A stretch of DNA of 64,000 nt, taken from Chrysemys picta bellii (taxonomy: Eukaryota). The stretch spans positions 13,082,001-13,146,000 of the forward strand of contig NC_088798.1 in the NCBI RefSeq assembly GCF_011386835.1, written 5' to 3'. The stretch's first letter is position 1. Every line of letters starts with the position of its first letter. Positions 38,901 through 50,900 of this stretch are shown one piece after another. Below the pieces are notes generated by a model. That model had not been told where the DNA came from, ran no database searches, and saw only the letters and a program-made list of their open reading frames with translations. Made by a program: the position numbers and the translations under genes.

Positions 38901-41900
38901 TGAGTGATTTCAGTTCAATCACAAAAAGACAACAGCCGAAGGCAAGGACTGAATTTAGTAGAGACTAAATACAATTCTCACTCTTTGAGGTGGCGTAGCT
39001 AGATTGAGGCACATTGGCAAAGCAGAGTGCAAGTCCTGACTTGCACTTCCTGTGCCATACTTGGTCTGGGTACATACATTGTGCATGTCTAAAGGGTCCA
39101 CCACGTGCCCAGGTACTAACACAATACATCAGTCCCCTCAAGGATGACAGTCAAACCACCTCCTCCAATATCTCCTACTCCATAAATCTGATGGCTCTTA
39201 AGCAGCAATAATCTTTGTAGTTTATAGGACTTCAGCATTTAGATTTTCAGTCTCATTCCTTATATTGAGATTGTTTAAAAAAAAAACCTCTTCTGAAATC
39301 AAAAACATTTTAATGTAAATATGAAAAGCGACTGTCTGAGTGGCTGTAAACTTACACCTAGAGATAGAAATATTACAAATATTACAAGAAAACTTATTCC
39401 ACTAAAAAGGAAGAGACACAAAGTTAGGTTTGCAAATATTAGTCCATGATGTTGACTTATTTATGCTTCTTCAAAAAAATAGTTCCATTTAAGAACAGAA
39501 CTTGCTACACAGTGGAGAGTAACCACTCCCCCTTCTAAACACAAGGGCTTAGTTCACATACAGAGAGCTGTTGTTCTTGTTTGTGGCCATTAATGCAAAC
39601 ACCTAAAGGTTGTTTGTAAGCAAACTTTGGCATAGTGCCCAATAGTACACTTCTGTTCAGAGAAGGAGATGGATAGTGAAAATAATGACCATTCTCTACA
39701 AACACACAGTTGTGGCATTTAAAACCTAAGACATTTTGGTCCACAAGAACACATAGTGGTGATCCTTTGAGATGGACTACCTTAAGACTCAAAACTTACA
39801 TTTTGGCAATTACTAGATTCTGATCAGTTAAGTCTGTACAGAAATATTCCACTCCCTTCTATGTTCTCTCCCTACTGATGTCCTTCACTGTTCTCAGCTC
39901 CCTGCCTTCGTATGCTCAGTAGGGAAAGGAAGCACTACAACTGAGCAACCTGTTTTGTATGAGGAGATGTAAAGGGCTATAAAGAGAAGCTGAATATTCC
40001 ATCACTGATGACTCTGTGTGCCAATGATTTACCAGAAATGCAATGCAGCAGAGCATCAATATTTAAACTAAGGAAGCCCAGCCTACAATTACCTTGTATT
40101 CCTGAAGAAAAAAAAGTTGATTTTATGATGTAGAAAGATTTGGAATATAAAACATGAGGCTGTATTCAACAGAGGTGTTTACTCTCCTCGTATGCCCATT
40201 ATTGTCAAGATGCTTCCCACATGAATGAGTGCTGAGTTAGACATTTATTACGTTTACCCTCAAACACAGACTTACCTGTAGGGAGACTGTACTGACGTCG
40301 CTACAGTAGGCATAGCAGTTGCTGTAAGCATTTTTGTAGCTCTTGTAACAGCATGTGTTAATGTCGGACCACCAAGTGCTGAACTGGCCGCCTAGAATTT
40401 AAGATACACCAATGTAAAACAGCATTTATACTGTATTACTTATTCTGGAGTGATGAAATTATATGAAAACTATTAGAGATCTTCCTAGTTAGGCAATAGG
40501 AAAGGTTACAAAGTTTAACTACATTCTGTGGTTTTCTATGTCCATTACACTGCAGAAATAGTGTCACAGAGGAGAAAAATCTTAAATCCTTAATAAAGTT
40601 GATTTTCAAGTTCAAAAGAATTTAACAAGCATCTTTACCACAATTCAATATTCTAGTCTTCACATAATATACAGTTTGCACTGTGATCTGAAGTTCAAAC
40701 ATCTTCAGCTAAAATGCAGAAACTTGTGAATTCTCCTCTATAAACCTTCAATTTAAGATTAGCAATATTTTGGGAGAGAGCATAGGATTGCATTCTCTAG
40801 TTTTTGAAAAGCATGTTTTTTGTAACACTGCTTCAATTCTGCAAGTAAAATAACCCTGAAAATAGAAAGAGCTTTAGGAACATGAACAAATTTAAGTCTG
40901 CCACTTACCTCTAATCTTGTATAACAATCAGCAATGAATTTCTTGTGTAGCGACACTGAATCCTGAAGGTATGAAGGACAGGTACATTAGCACTTTAAAA
41001 ATAATTTCATGAGAATAAAATGGTCAACAACAAATTTAATTAATTGCAATATATATCACAACTTCCCGAGTATTAAACCTCTTCATATGGGTCAAATACC
41101 TTTCTTGGTAACAGACTATACTTACCTTTTTCAATCTAGGATTTAGATTAATATAGCTGTAATTTATGATCAACTGAATGGCCTCATTAGCAATTTCTTC
41201 ATCAGGTGATTCCATTGCTATTTTCCAAATAAAATCCATCCCTATTAACTCCAGTTTTTCTACATTCTGTTCAAAAGAAAATACATTAGTAAAATACAAT
41301 TTGACTTTGTTACATGTTATAAGCATGTATAATCATTAATCAGAGGGGTAGCAGTGTTAATCTGGATCTGTAAAAAGCGACAAAGAGTCCTGTGGCACCT
41401 TATAGACTAACAGACGTATTGGAGCATAAGCTTTTGTGGGTGAATACCCACTTCGCCAGACGCTTGTTCACAGACGCCAGACGCTGGAAAATAACTTTTG
41501 GCTAAAGTCTTAGAAGCTATATTTTTCAGTATGTTGTCAACTCTATAAAAATGTTTAGACAATATGAACTAAATTTATATAATCTCAAATCCACATAATC
41601 AGTGGAAATTTTAAGTCTAACCCACTGTCTACATGTAGACAAATAATGACTTCTGCAGAAAACAGTTCAACCAAGCAATGGAATAATGAAGAATTCAAAG
41701 ATCATTTTAGGAATTCAACAATCACACAAAACAATTTATTTCACACAGGTAAGTCAAAAGAGCAACAAATCATAGGCTAAAATGCTCATCAAGTGGCATA
41801 TACTGGGGTCATGTACTTCACAACAGGTCTATGAGCACCATAAGTAAGTCTGAGGTAAATTAACAGTCCCTGATATTAAGCAGATCCAGATGTATACTGC

Positions 41901-44900
41901 AATGTATTTTTTGCCATATAATTTTATTTTAAAAAGCAGTGCAGGATCATATCAAAGTTAAAAATTTATTACAATTTAATTAAGATTTAAATTTACTAAA
42001 CATATCTCTTGTAAAAAGGTACACAAATAACCAAACATACAATAGATTTTTTCTTTAGAGGTCAGCAAAACAAGTTACACACACTAGAACTTCATTTACT
42101 CATTAACAATGCAAAGGAAAACTGGGATTGGTTTTTCAAGTTTCATGACATTATTGTGTTCCAACCTGAAATCTTTTACATCAACTTTCAGCATTCATGA
42201 AAATCCCACCCTTAATTTCTCAAGGTAGAAAAGCAAGAATTTGTAATGAAAACACTAAAAGGACCTGAGGTATTTTAGTACAAATATGACCATATAAAAT
42301 AGCTGGCTGTCTTTTTTTAAAATAAGAACCTGTTCCCCAGATCTCATGTACTGTTCATAGGAATGAAAGTGCACCACACTTACCAACTGAGTTCCTTGTC
42401 GTTTTAGTCGATGATCACATAGGTTCACATTCTCAAAGAACGTCTTAAATAAACTAAAACCTGTATGTAAAAATCATGAAAGATTTTATTTAGAATAAAC
42501 ACCTGTTTTTATTAAAAAAGGACATTAAATACACAAGAATAAAGGATACTCTTAATAGCAATTAAAAATTTAGAATCATGAAAAAAGACCTCTTATTGCG
42601 TTAGTTTTTAAAGCTCTTCACAGGTCTAAGAAATTAAGTTTAATGTTCTACTAGAAAGCAACTATCTAGTACTTGGATATATATTTACTCCTATGACCTG
42701 GTGACACAAACATTTTCATACCATTCATAGTAATTTCATACGACTCCAGTTTGAGAATTTTCTCTTTGAAGAGCTGTTGTTGTATGTCACTCTCCAGATC
42801 ATGTTGTCCTTTTGTAAACCACTCAAAGCACATCTGTGAATTAGTATAAGTGTGTAAGTGTATATGGTCCATATTTTGAAGATCAAAAGATTTTTTTAGT
42901 AAATCAACATTGCTTTTTCAAATTACTTCAGACACTATAGTGATGAGTGCATAAAAAAGTTTAGATAAAAGACTTATGAAAAGGCAAGATAGTCAAAACA
43001 TTCAGCAGTCTGTAACCACCTGAAGTGCACTGCTGTTGCACACAGCATTACTATGTACTATGTATCAGCATAACTCAGATAATAGTAGACTCTCTTCTGG
43101 AGCAGAACGTTCAGATTCCACACCAGGACTCAGGTTCTTACATATTACACAAGCCTGCAGTGCTGCATTAGGGTACCAGGCATTATTACCAATGCTGTCT
43201 ATTGCATAAAACATTAAGTGAAGGTTCCTCATTTATGTATCAGAGGGGTAGCCGTGTTAGTCTGGATCTGTAAAAAGCAACAGAGAGTCCTGTGGCACCT
43301 TTAAGACTAACAGATGTATTGGAGCATAAGCTTTTGTGGGTGAATGCGCCCCATGTCATGCATCCGACAAAGTGGGCATTCACCCACGAAAGCTTATGCT
43401 CCAATACATCTGTTAGTCTTAAAGGTGCCACAGGACTCTCTGTTGCTTTCCTCATTTATGACATCCCTGGCTGTTCAGATGGAAGTTACAGCTCAAAGAG
43501 CAGATAACCCTCATCTAGTCTCCTGATCAACATTCCCTTTCAACTAAGCAAGTCTTAATGTTCAAGACAGTATGCCATTTATAGTTAAACACATAACGGC
43601 TGCTCCATTTGCCTACACTGTCCTTCCACTAACAGGATCTAATGCATTAGTGCTTTGTAAGGCATTTAAAGACACTGAATGCGAGAAACATTATAAACAA
43701 TTTATTTTCTATACATGCATTCCAGTCATGAGCTATTAAATTCCTTTCCCACCTCCAGATGTTGATCTCTTGGGCTTCTTACCTCTCGATCTAACTCACA
43801 AACATCTTGACCCGTCACAAGACATTCCCAGATTTCCCTGGCACGATTCCAACCCAAATAGAGGGTGGCTTCTTGCAGAAAAAATGCCAGAAATTTTAAA
43901 TGCGCCTCTAAGTACTGATAAGGGAACAACAAAACTGAGTGTCATCTTTCCAAAAGAGAACTTAAAATTAGAAATACAACATTGTTATTTTTTTTATACA
44001 TTTTGCAAAGTGTGAAGAACCAAAAACTGACTGATCCTGCAAGGAACTCCATGTGGACAGAGCAAGGCCTGCAATTATGATTTCTAATTTTCAGTATTTT
44101 AAACAAAAGACCTCATTTCAGGCATCTTTTCAGAAAACACTCAGGTTGCTCTCGAGCCCCATAATAGTAACTAGCCTGAGCCACCGCCTGGCATAAAAAG
44201 GAGATCTAAGGTGCAATACGTTGTGCTGCAAGTGCTCTGTGGATATCTGAATCCATATAGTAATAGGAAAACATCTTTTGGTTTTAAGTAGTCGGCACCA
44301 AATTCAGCCATTTAAAATATGCCACAGGTTTTCGTATAGAAAGGCTACCCCACCATTTAATTTAATAGGTAAGTAATAAATCTCAATATATTACAAAACA
44401 GTAATTTTGGAGGGAGGACATGCAGCATATATAGATACAGTGTACATTAAGTGTCCAATATTTTACATTGTCTAGTCTTCTGTGTTTCAGCTGACCATGG
44501 CTTTTTTTGGGGTGATTTATAACATTGTCAGATGAACAATTTCTAGTAACTAACATTAGAAAGCAGTGTTCAGTACCTCCCGGTAAGTGTATCGGCCATC
44601 CACTAATGTTGTTCCAACTAGTCCACCAGGACCTGCTACAGATGCAGCCAATCGATGACATGCTATTAGGCTTCCTGTCACCAGTTTCACGATTTCAAAA
44701 TTTTTCTTCAAGTCTTGAATAATGCTCTTGGCAGAAACATTGAGAAAGACAGTGTAAGAAATGAAGCATCTCAACAGGCACACCTAGTGGTTTTGCATTT
44801 TTATGAGAATTAGATTTAAAAAAAACTGTGGGGTTTTTCAGCACTATCAAACCTATCACAAAGGAGTCCTGAAGGTTCACGTTCATCCTTCCCCATCCAT

Positions 44901-47900
44901 TTACAAACCATCCTACACGGCAACTGCTTTCAGCATCTGACTATGTAGCACTGCACAGCACTAAATGCAAAGCCAAACTTTTCCACTCAAAACGGCATAA
45001 TGCAAAGCACAACTTGGTAGCAGATTGGAGCCGTTTATTTCTATTTTCGAAAGGTCATAATTGATTTTATTACTTCAGTCAAAAGTAAATAAAAAACAAC
45101 CTGTTCCCTTAAATTTGTCAATCAGGTTCATTTATAGTTAGTAATGGCACAAATATAACGTGAGCCAACTCAGACATGTCAGAAGAGATAAGCTTATCCG
45201 CATATAATGGACAGCACAGAGTATTAAGGAATTACCATTGTAAAATTATACCGTTAAGATACTACCACTACATTAAACTCCTCAATTCAAATAGTGCCAT
45301 AAATTAATACCATATTTTTAACTTAAACTTTGTTATAAAAGCTGAAGTTTGATGGATGTAACTTTGCTTTCAAAAATATTTTAGCAAGTGCCTTACCTTA
45401 TCTTGCTTTTGGTATGTTTGTTTAATAAACGAACGTGTGATTTCATGGAGCTGACGTAAAGCTGGTACCACCCAAACAAATTGGGGATTATGATGTTGGG
45501 ATGACTAGTAATAAAAGAAGTTAAAATAATTACACATGTGTACATGCTCAACAATACTATAATTGTTTCTTGTCAGAGATTCCTAGAAACCTATTATCAT
45601 CCATGCCCCAGCTTCAGGATAATAGTTTTCTTTCATAAATCTGCAGTCACTAGTCCTTGGTTCCTCTCCACTGATGGTCTCAGTTTCAGCTTTCACAATT
45701 ACACCAGATAGCTGAGGAAGGAGATGGCTACCTGACAGCAAGTAAGATGGAGAGGCAAGCCAAGGTTTAGAGGGCAAATGTAACCTAATACAGCTACTCA
45801 ATGAAAGACCAGGTTAGGGAGGCGGTGAGAGGAGTCAGGCAAAACAGAACTTAAAAATTATTTAAAATACTACCAAGGGATTCAGAGGCTCGGGGGGGGG
45901 GGGGGGGGAAATCAGTGGTTATCTCAATGAGACATTTTAGGGTCACAAGGAGACCTCTGATAAGATATTTAAACTCAGTTTTGCAAGAGAACTTAAGGTT
46001 TGATCCTGCAAGGTGCTGAGTACTTCTGTCAGAAGCATTCAGCACTTTGTAAGACTGAACCCTTAGGGGGGTTTATTTTCCATAAAGTCTGACATTAGAA
46101 GCTGGCACACCAAATTCTGTTTGGGAAAGCAGCATCTTGATTCTAGGTTAGATGCTAACAATCAATGCTACATTCTCAGCAGCCTGTTCATGGCAGAAAG
46201 AAAGCTACACTGAAGACTTCTCCATACCTTTGACAGTGCTGCCAATATTCTCTCAAATGTTGTTTTAATTTCTCCTTGTTTATGGTGGGGGTAGATAGGT
46301 AAATGTTGCATTTGTAAAACTAGCTTAAAACTACATACTATCAAAGCCCTAGATGGAGGCACTGCAACAGGGAGCAGTAAGAAAAAAACTGTTACAGAAG
46401 GATGCCTTGGAACAAATTTGAGGAGTTTCTAGCAAGACCAGGAAAGAGAAGTGAACATCAGATACAGAATAGTCTGGATTTCAAACAAACATTCCCCCCT
46501 AGGGCAGATAGCTTGAGATCTGCATTTCTGATTTTTAGAGAAAAAGCAAGAATGCAAGGTACCTTGGCACCTAAGGAGTATCTGTTCTACCAAAAAAACA
46601 AAAAACAAACAAAAAAAAACCCACCAACCCAACTCTTGGATGGTGTTGGAAAAACAGAAAGGCTAGTCTAAGTTTAGTTTAGCATGAGAGAGGGCAACCG
46701 AAGTAACAACAAGCCATTTCCTTTATAATGGCACATTTTGGACTATGGAATAAGGACAGGTGCATTCTTGCAGGCCAATAGAAAGATCATTTATTACACG
46801 GGCAGATCTGTAAATAGAATGGGAAATCCTTTAAACTATGTGCCATGAATTTTACATGGTCAAAGCCTTCTCCCCTCAACAGCATGCTGCTGCCCCGGAG
46901 ACATCTTAGCAAATTAAGCTGCAAAATGGGTTCTTATACCAGAAGACATTTTTCATGCCTGTTTCTTTAAACAAAGGATATTACTGGGTTTTAAAAACCA
47001 ATCTATATTTTGAGACTTGTCTAACAGACAAATCAGAAAACATGATTTACGCTTTCAAAGAAAAATCTAGAATATTTTATATTAAAGGGACACAGTTTCA
47101 ACACTGACATGCCTTAATAGTAATTCCACCTGAAAATTCTAACCCTGAGTCCACTCAAGTTTTCCCCCAAACTAATCACTCCCAGGGCTGCAAATTTGTT
47201 TAAAACAAGGCAAGAGACTTATTACGAGTCTCACGGTAAACAAGTTGGCTCACACAAAATCTCCCCCTCTCAGACTCTCCCAAGGTACAAGCTTACAGAT
47301 GCAACAAGTGTCCAATTCCATGTCATTTGAAAGAAGTGTCGATAGTGCCCAAGCCACTCTTTAGAGAATATGCCATTTTGGGGAAAAAATGTAATTCTAC
47401 AGAGAAACGAACCCTCTTAATATCTTCTATGCATTTGATGATGTAGCTCCTTTTGATTGCTTCCTTCACTGCATAAGCATCACTAAGAATTGTCAGATGT
47501 TCCTCCAAGGCCTGCTGAATTAGACCACAGGGCAACGTTGGAAGATGAGCCAGTTCCCAAAGCACCTCTAGGACCTTCAAGAACAGAACAGCATAAATGG
47601 TCAGGGACACTAGTAATTACAAAAGAGATGCAATTCTATTCTTTATCTTAACAATGGAGGATTTTATTTCTCATGCCTTTCCGGTGGTTGTCTCAATGCG
47701 TGCTTCCCGACCAATGCGTCCTATCAGGCTCAACAGTTTTTGTCGCACTCTGTCACTCTCAGTCTCCCAGCTCTGCAGGACAAAGACATAGAATTACTAT
47801 TACAGCAGCAAATATGTAATAAAAATGCAAAGTTTCAAATTAATTGATTCCATCTATGATCTATTTTACTGTGATATCACCAATTAATAAAGGGACACAG

Positions 47901-50900
47901 TTTCAACATGTGCCACTGCCAGCCTAGATTAGATTAGATGTGAACTCAGTTTTGTTAACAGGAGATCTAATTCACCAAACACTGCCAAAAAATTATCACG
48001 AGTGGCTAGAGGCAATAATGAAATCTTTTCCTGAACATACTTTAGCCATAAGAACACATAACATGGTTAAAACCCGAGTTAAAAGATTAAATCGATAGCA
48101 CAATGGGAGTGGAGTTACTTAAAATAAATATTTTAATCTTCTCAAAGTCATATTATAGGTTTCAAAAAAATGTATTTTGAAATGTTATTTGTAGACTAGA
48201 TGCTCAAACATATCAACATTCCCTGTTTTAGTAAGAAATTTAAATTCAGATAAAGATTTACCTTCTGAATAAGAACAAACAGATGATTAAGTTGATCGGA
48301 GCTGAATTTCACAGCAGCTGCAGCAATAATAGTATGTATGTTTTCAATCACAGTGGATGATTGTCCTGACTAAATAAGAGGGGAGGAAATGAGAGACAAC
48401 AACTAGTTCTTTGCAAGGAGGAGAAAAACAAGACTGTACACATCGTGTAAAATCCTTCAGATGTCTGAGCAACAATGGATATAAATGAGTATTGCCACTT
48501 CTCATGGAAAGAGAATCATTTAGAGAATCATTCTAGAACAAGACAGGATAGTACTCTCAATCTACCAAACCCCCAAAGGTGCTTGAAATACTGTCCAAAA
48601 AGAAATAGTTTATATTTGTGAGAAGTGCTATGTTAATTGAAAATATTCTGGGCAGATACTGTAGGGCAGGAGTAACTGACCTTAAATTAACTGCTCACTC
48701 TTTCAGAAGTATTTTCTATTTCAGTGTTTAACCATTTTAAGAAATAGGAAAAGATGTGCCAACACAGGTGTTTGCAGGATTTCCACATCCTAGTGGCCAC
48801 CATTACAGACTTTTGATTGCGTCAATTAAGGTAGGATGGTGGAACCCATAGAAGTAGAACGAGGAACCACAATATCCATCAATCTGCTGAATGTACAGCT
48901 GTCAGTTTACTGCTTGTCAAGATGTTCAGTCTAAAATTACATATGGAAATACTTTAACATTTAAACAGGAAGGTGTTGATGCTATCTGCAGTTGTCTGGC
49001 ACCACTGCACACAGCAATGACAGATCTCTCCTCTCTTCTCCATACATACATCCATTTTCCAAAGCTATTCATGGAAGCTATGTGCATATATAGAAATGTT
49101 TTTTCTGTTTATGAACATTAAGGCCCCGATTCCTGCACCTCTAGGAAGCCTCACTGAAACCACGGATTCCCTCATGAGGAAAATTATCACAATCCTTGAA
49201 TCTCACATAGCCTTCAAACTCTCACCAGCAATATAAATAAGCAGCTTTCCATAAACACTTCTCCCACCCCAGTCATCAATCTATACAACCCAGTGACTGC
49301 TTGACAGATGAAGTGGGCTTTGCACAGTGACCAGAAAGTTACCAGATCCAGGCTCTGGGGGATACAGGAGTGGAAGAAGTAAAATCCAGAATCAAGGGTT
49401 CTCTCAGAAAATATCTTGCCAACTGCTCAGTCCCATTTACAGTGGGGGCGTTGCAGCTGAAGCACTTCCACTGACTGCAATGGTGGCACTGGTGGTGATA
49501 CTGGGAAACTGGAGTGTCTAAGGGAATTGCTTGTGTGACTTTTGGTTAGCCAGTGGGGTGAGACCAAAGTCCTCTTTGTCTGGCTGGTTTGGTTTGCCTT
49601 AGAGGTGGAAAAACCCAGCCTTGGGCTGTAATTAACCCTGTTTTAAGCAATTTCTCCTGAATTGGCACTCTCAGTTGGGACCCGCCAGAACCAGCATCGT
49701 TACAACTATGCTTCCATCCCTTCCTCAACATCATGCTTCTTCCAGGTGTCCTATACACCCTAGTCATCCTCCCAAATGACCATGAAGTAATAAAAAACAC
49801 AAGCATGACACTAAATGAGGCCCATCGCTAAACTGGACCACTCACACACTTGCTTCTTGGTGTATACCACCCTCTCCATTTACAGTGTACACACCCCAGG
49901 GCAAGATTTTGCACACTGGGAAACAAGCACAGATATGAGCAATTTGTCAAAGATCAGAGCAAATTAGTAGCAGAGCTAGGTACAGAAAACAAAACTCATG
50001 CTAGTCTGTAGCGTTCTAACCACTAAGCTATGCTGCTCCCTAAAAATAAAGTAAAATCAGAAATAAAAATAGGAAAGAGGAGATTTGGGCCAGAATATGG
50101 GTGCATTCCAGAAGGCAGCATGAGGAAGTTCCTGCATTCAGAAGGTAGGTTTTATATCTGAGGGAATTAAATATCAAGTTGAATGAGAGAGACAAGGTAG
50201 GTGAGGTAATACCTTCTGTTGGTGGAAGGGACAAGCTTTTGAGAGTCACAGAGCTCTTTCTAAGATCTGGACAATGACATGATAATCATTCAGATGAAGT
50301 GTTGTGTTTGACTGCAGCCAAACAACAGTTATACTGAATCATAAAAAAAATCTTTGTATTATGATTTTACGAAGTAAAAAAACCCCATCAACACTGAATG
50401 CACCACTACACAGCAGATTAATCAATCTGAAGCAAGAAGTGGGGGAAGCCCCGTTGAAATTTTCCTATTAAAAACAAAATGCAAATAGCTGAGTGCCTTC
50501 TATGTAAGCTCCAAGACTCTTCAAGTTCAGTAGTGTACAGAAATGTTACTCTTCAGGCAGAGATGACACACTCAATCTTAAAGGAATGGGGGGCAGGGAG
50601 GGCTGGGGGGGAAATCAGCTGCTTCATGTGTGCAGCATCTTTAAAATGCTGCGTTGACTTGTCCACATCTGAGGTGATGTGCTGTGTCAGCAGCTACCAT
50701 TAAAAAAACCTAGGAAACTTCACATGAATACCATCCTGTACAGGATGTGAAAACAGGCCAATAACATAATGCTAATCTGAACACATTGTAGTGTATTGAC
50801 CAGCCATACTATCAACACCTTCTTTACATTACACACTGGGAATTTTGAACAGAACTTGTTTGCTAAATAGGAAATTTATATTCTTCTGTTTCTCGTAGCT

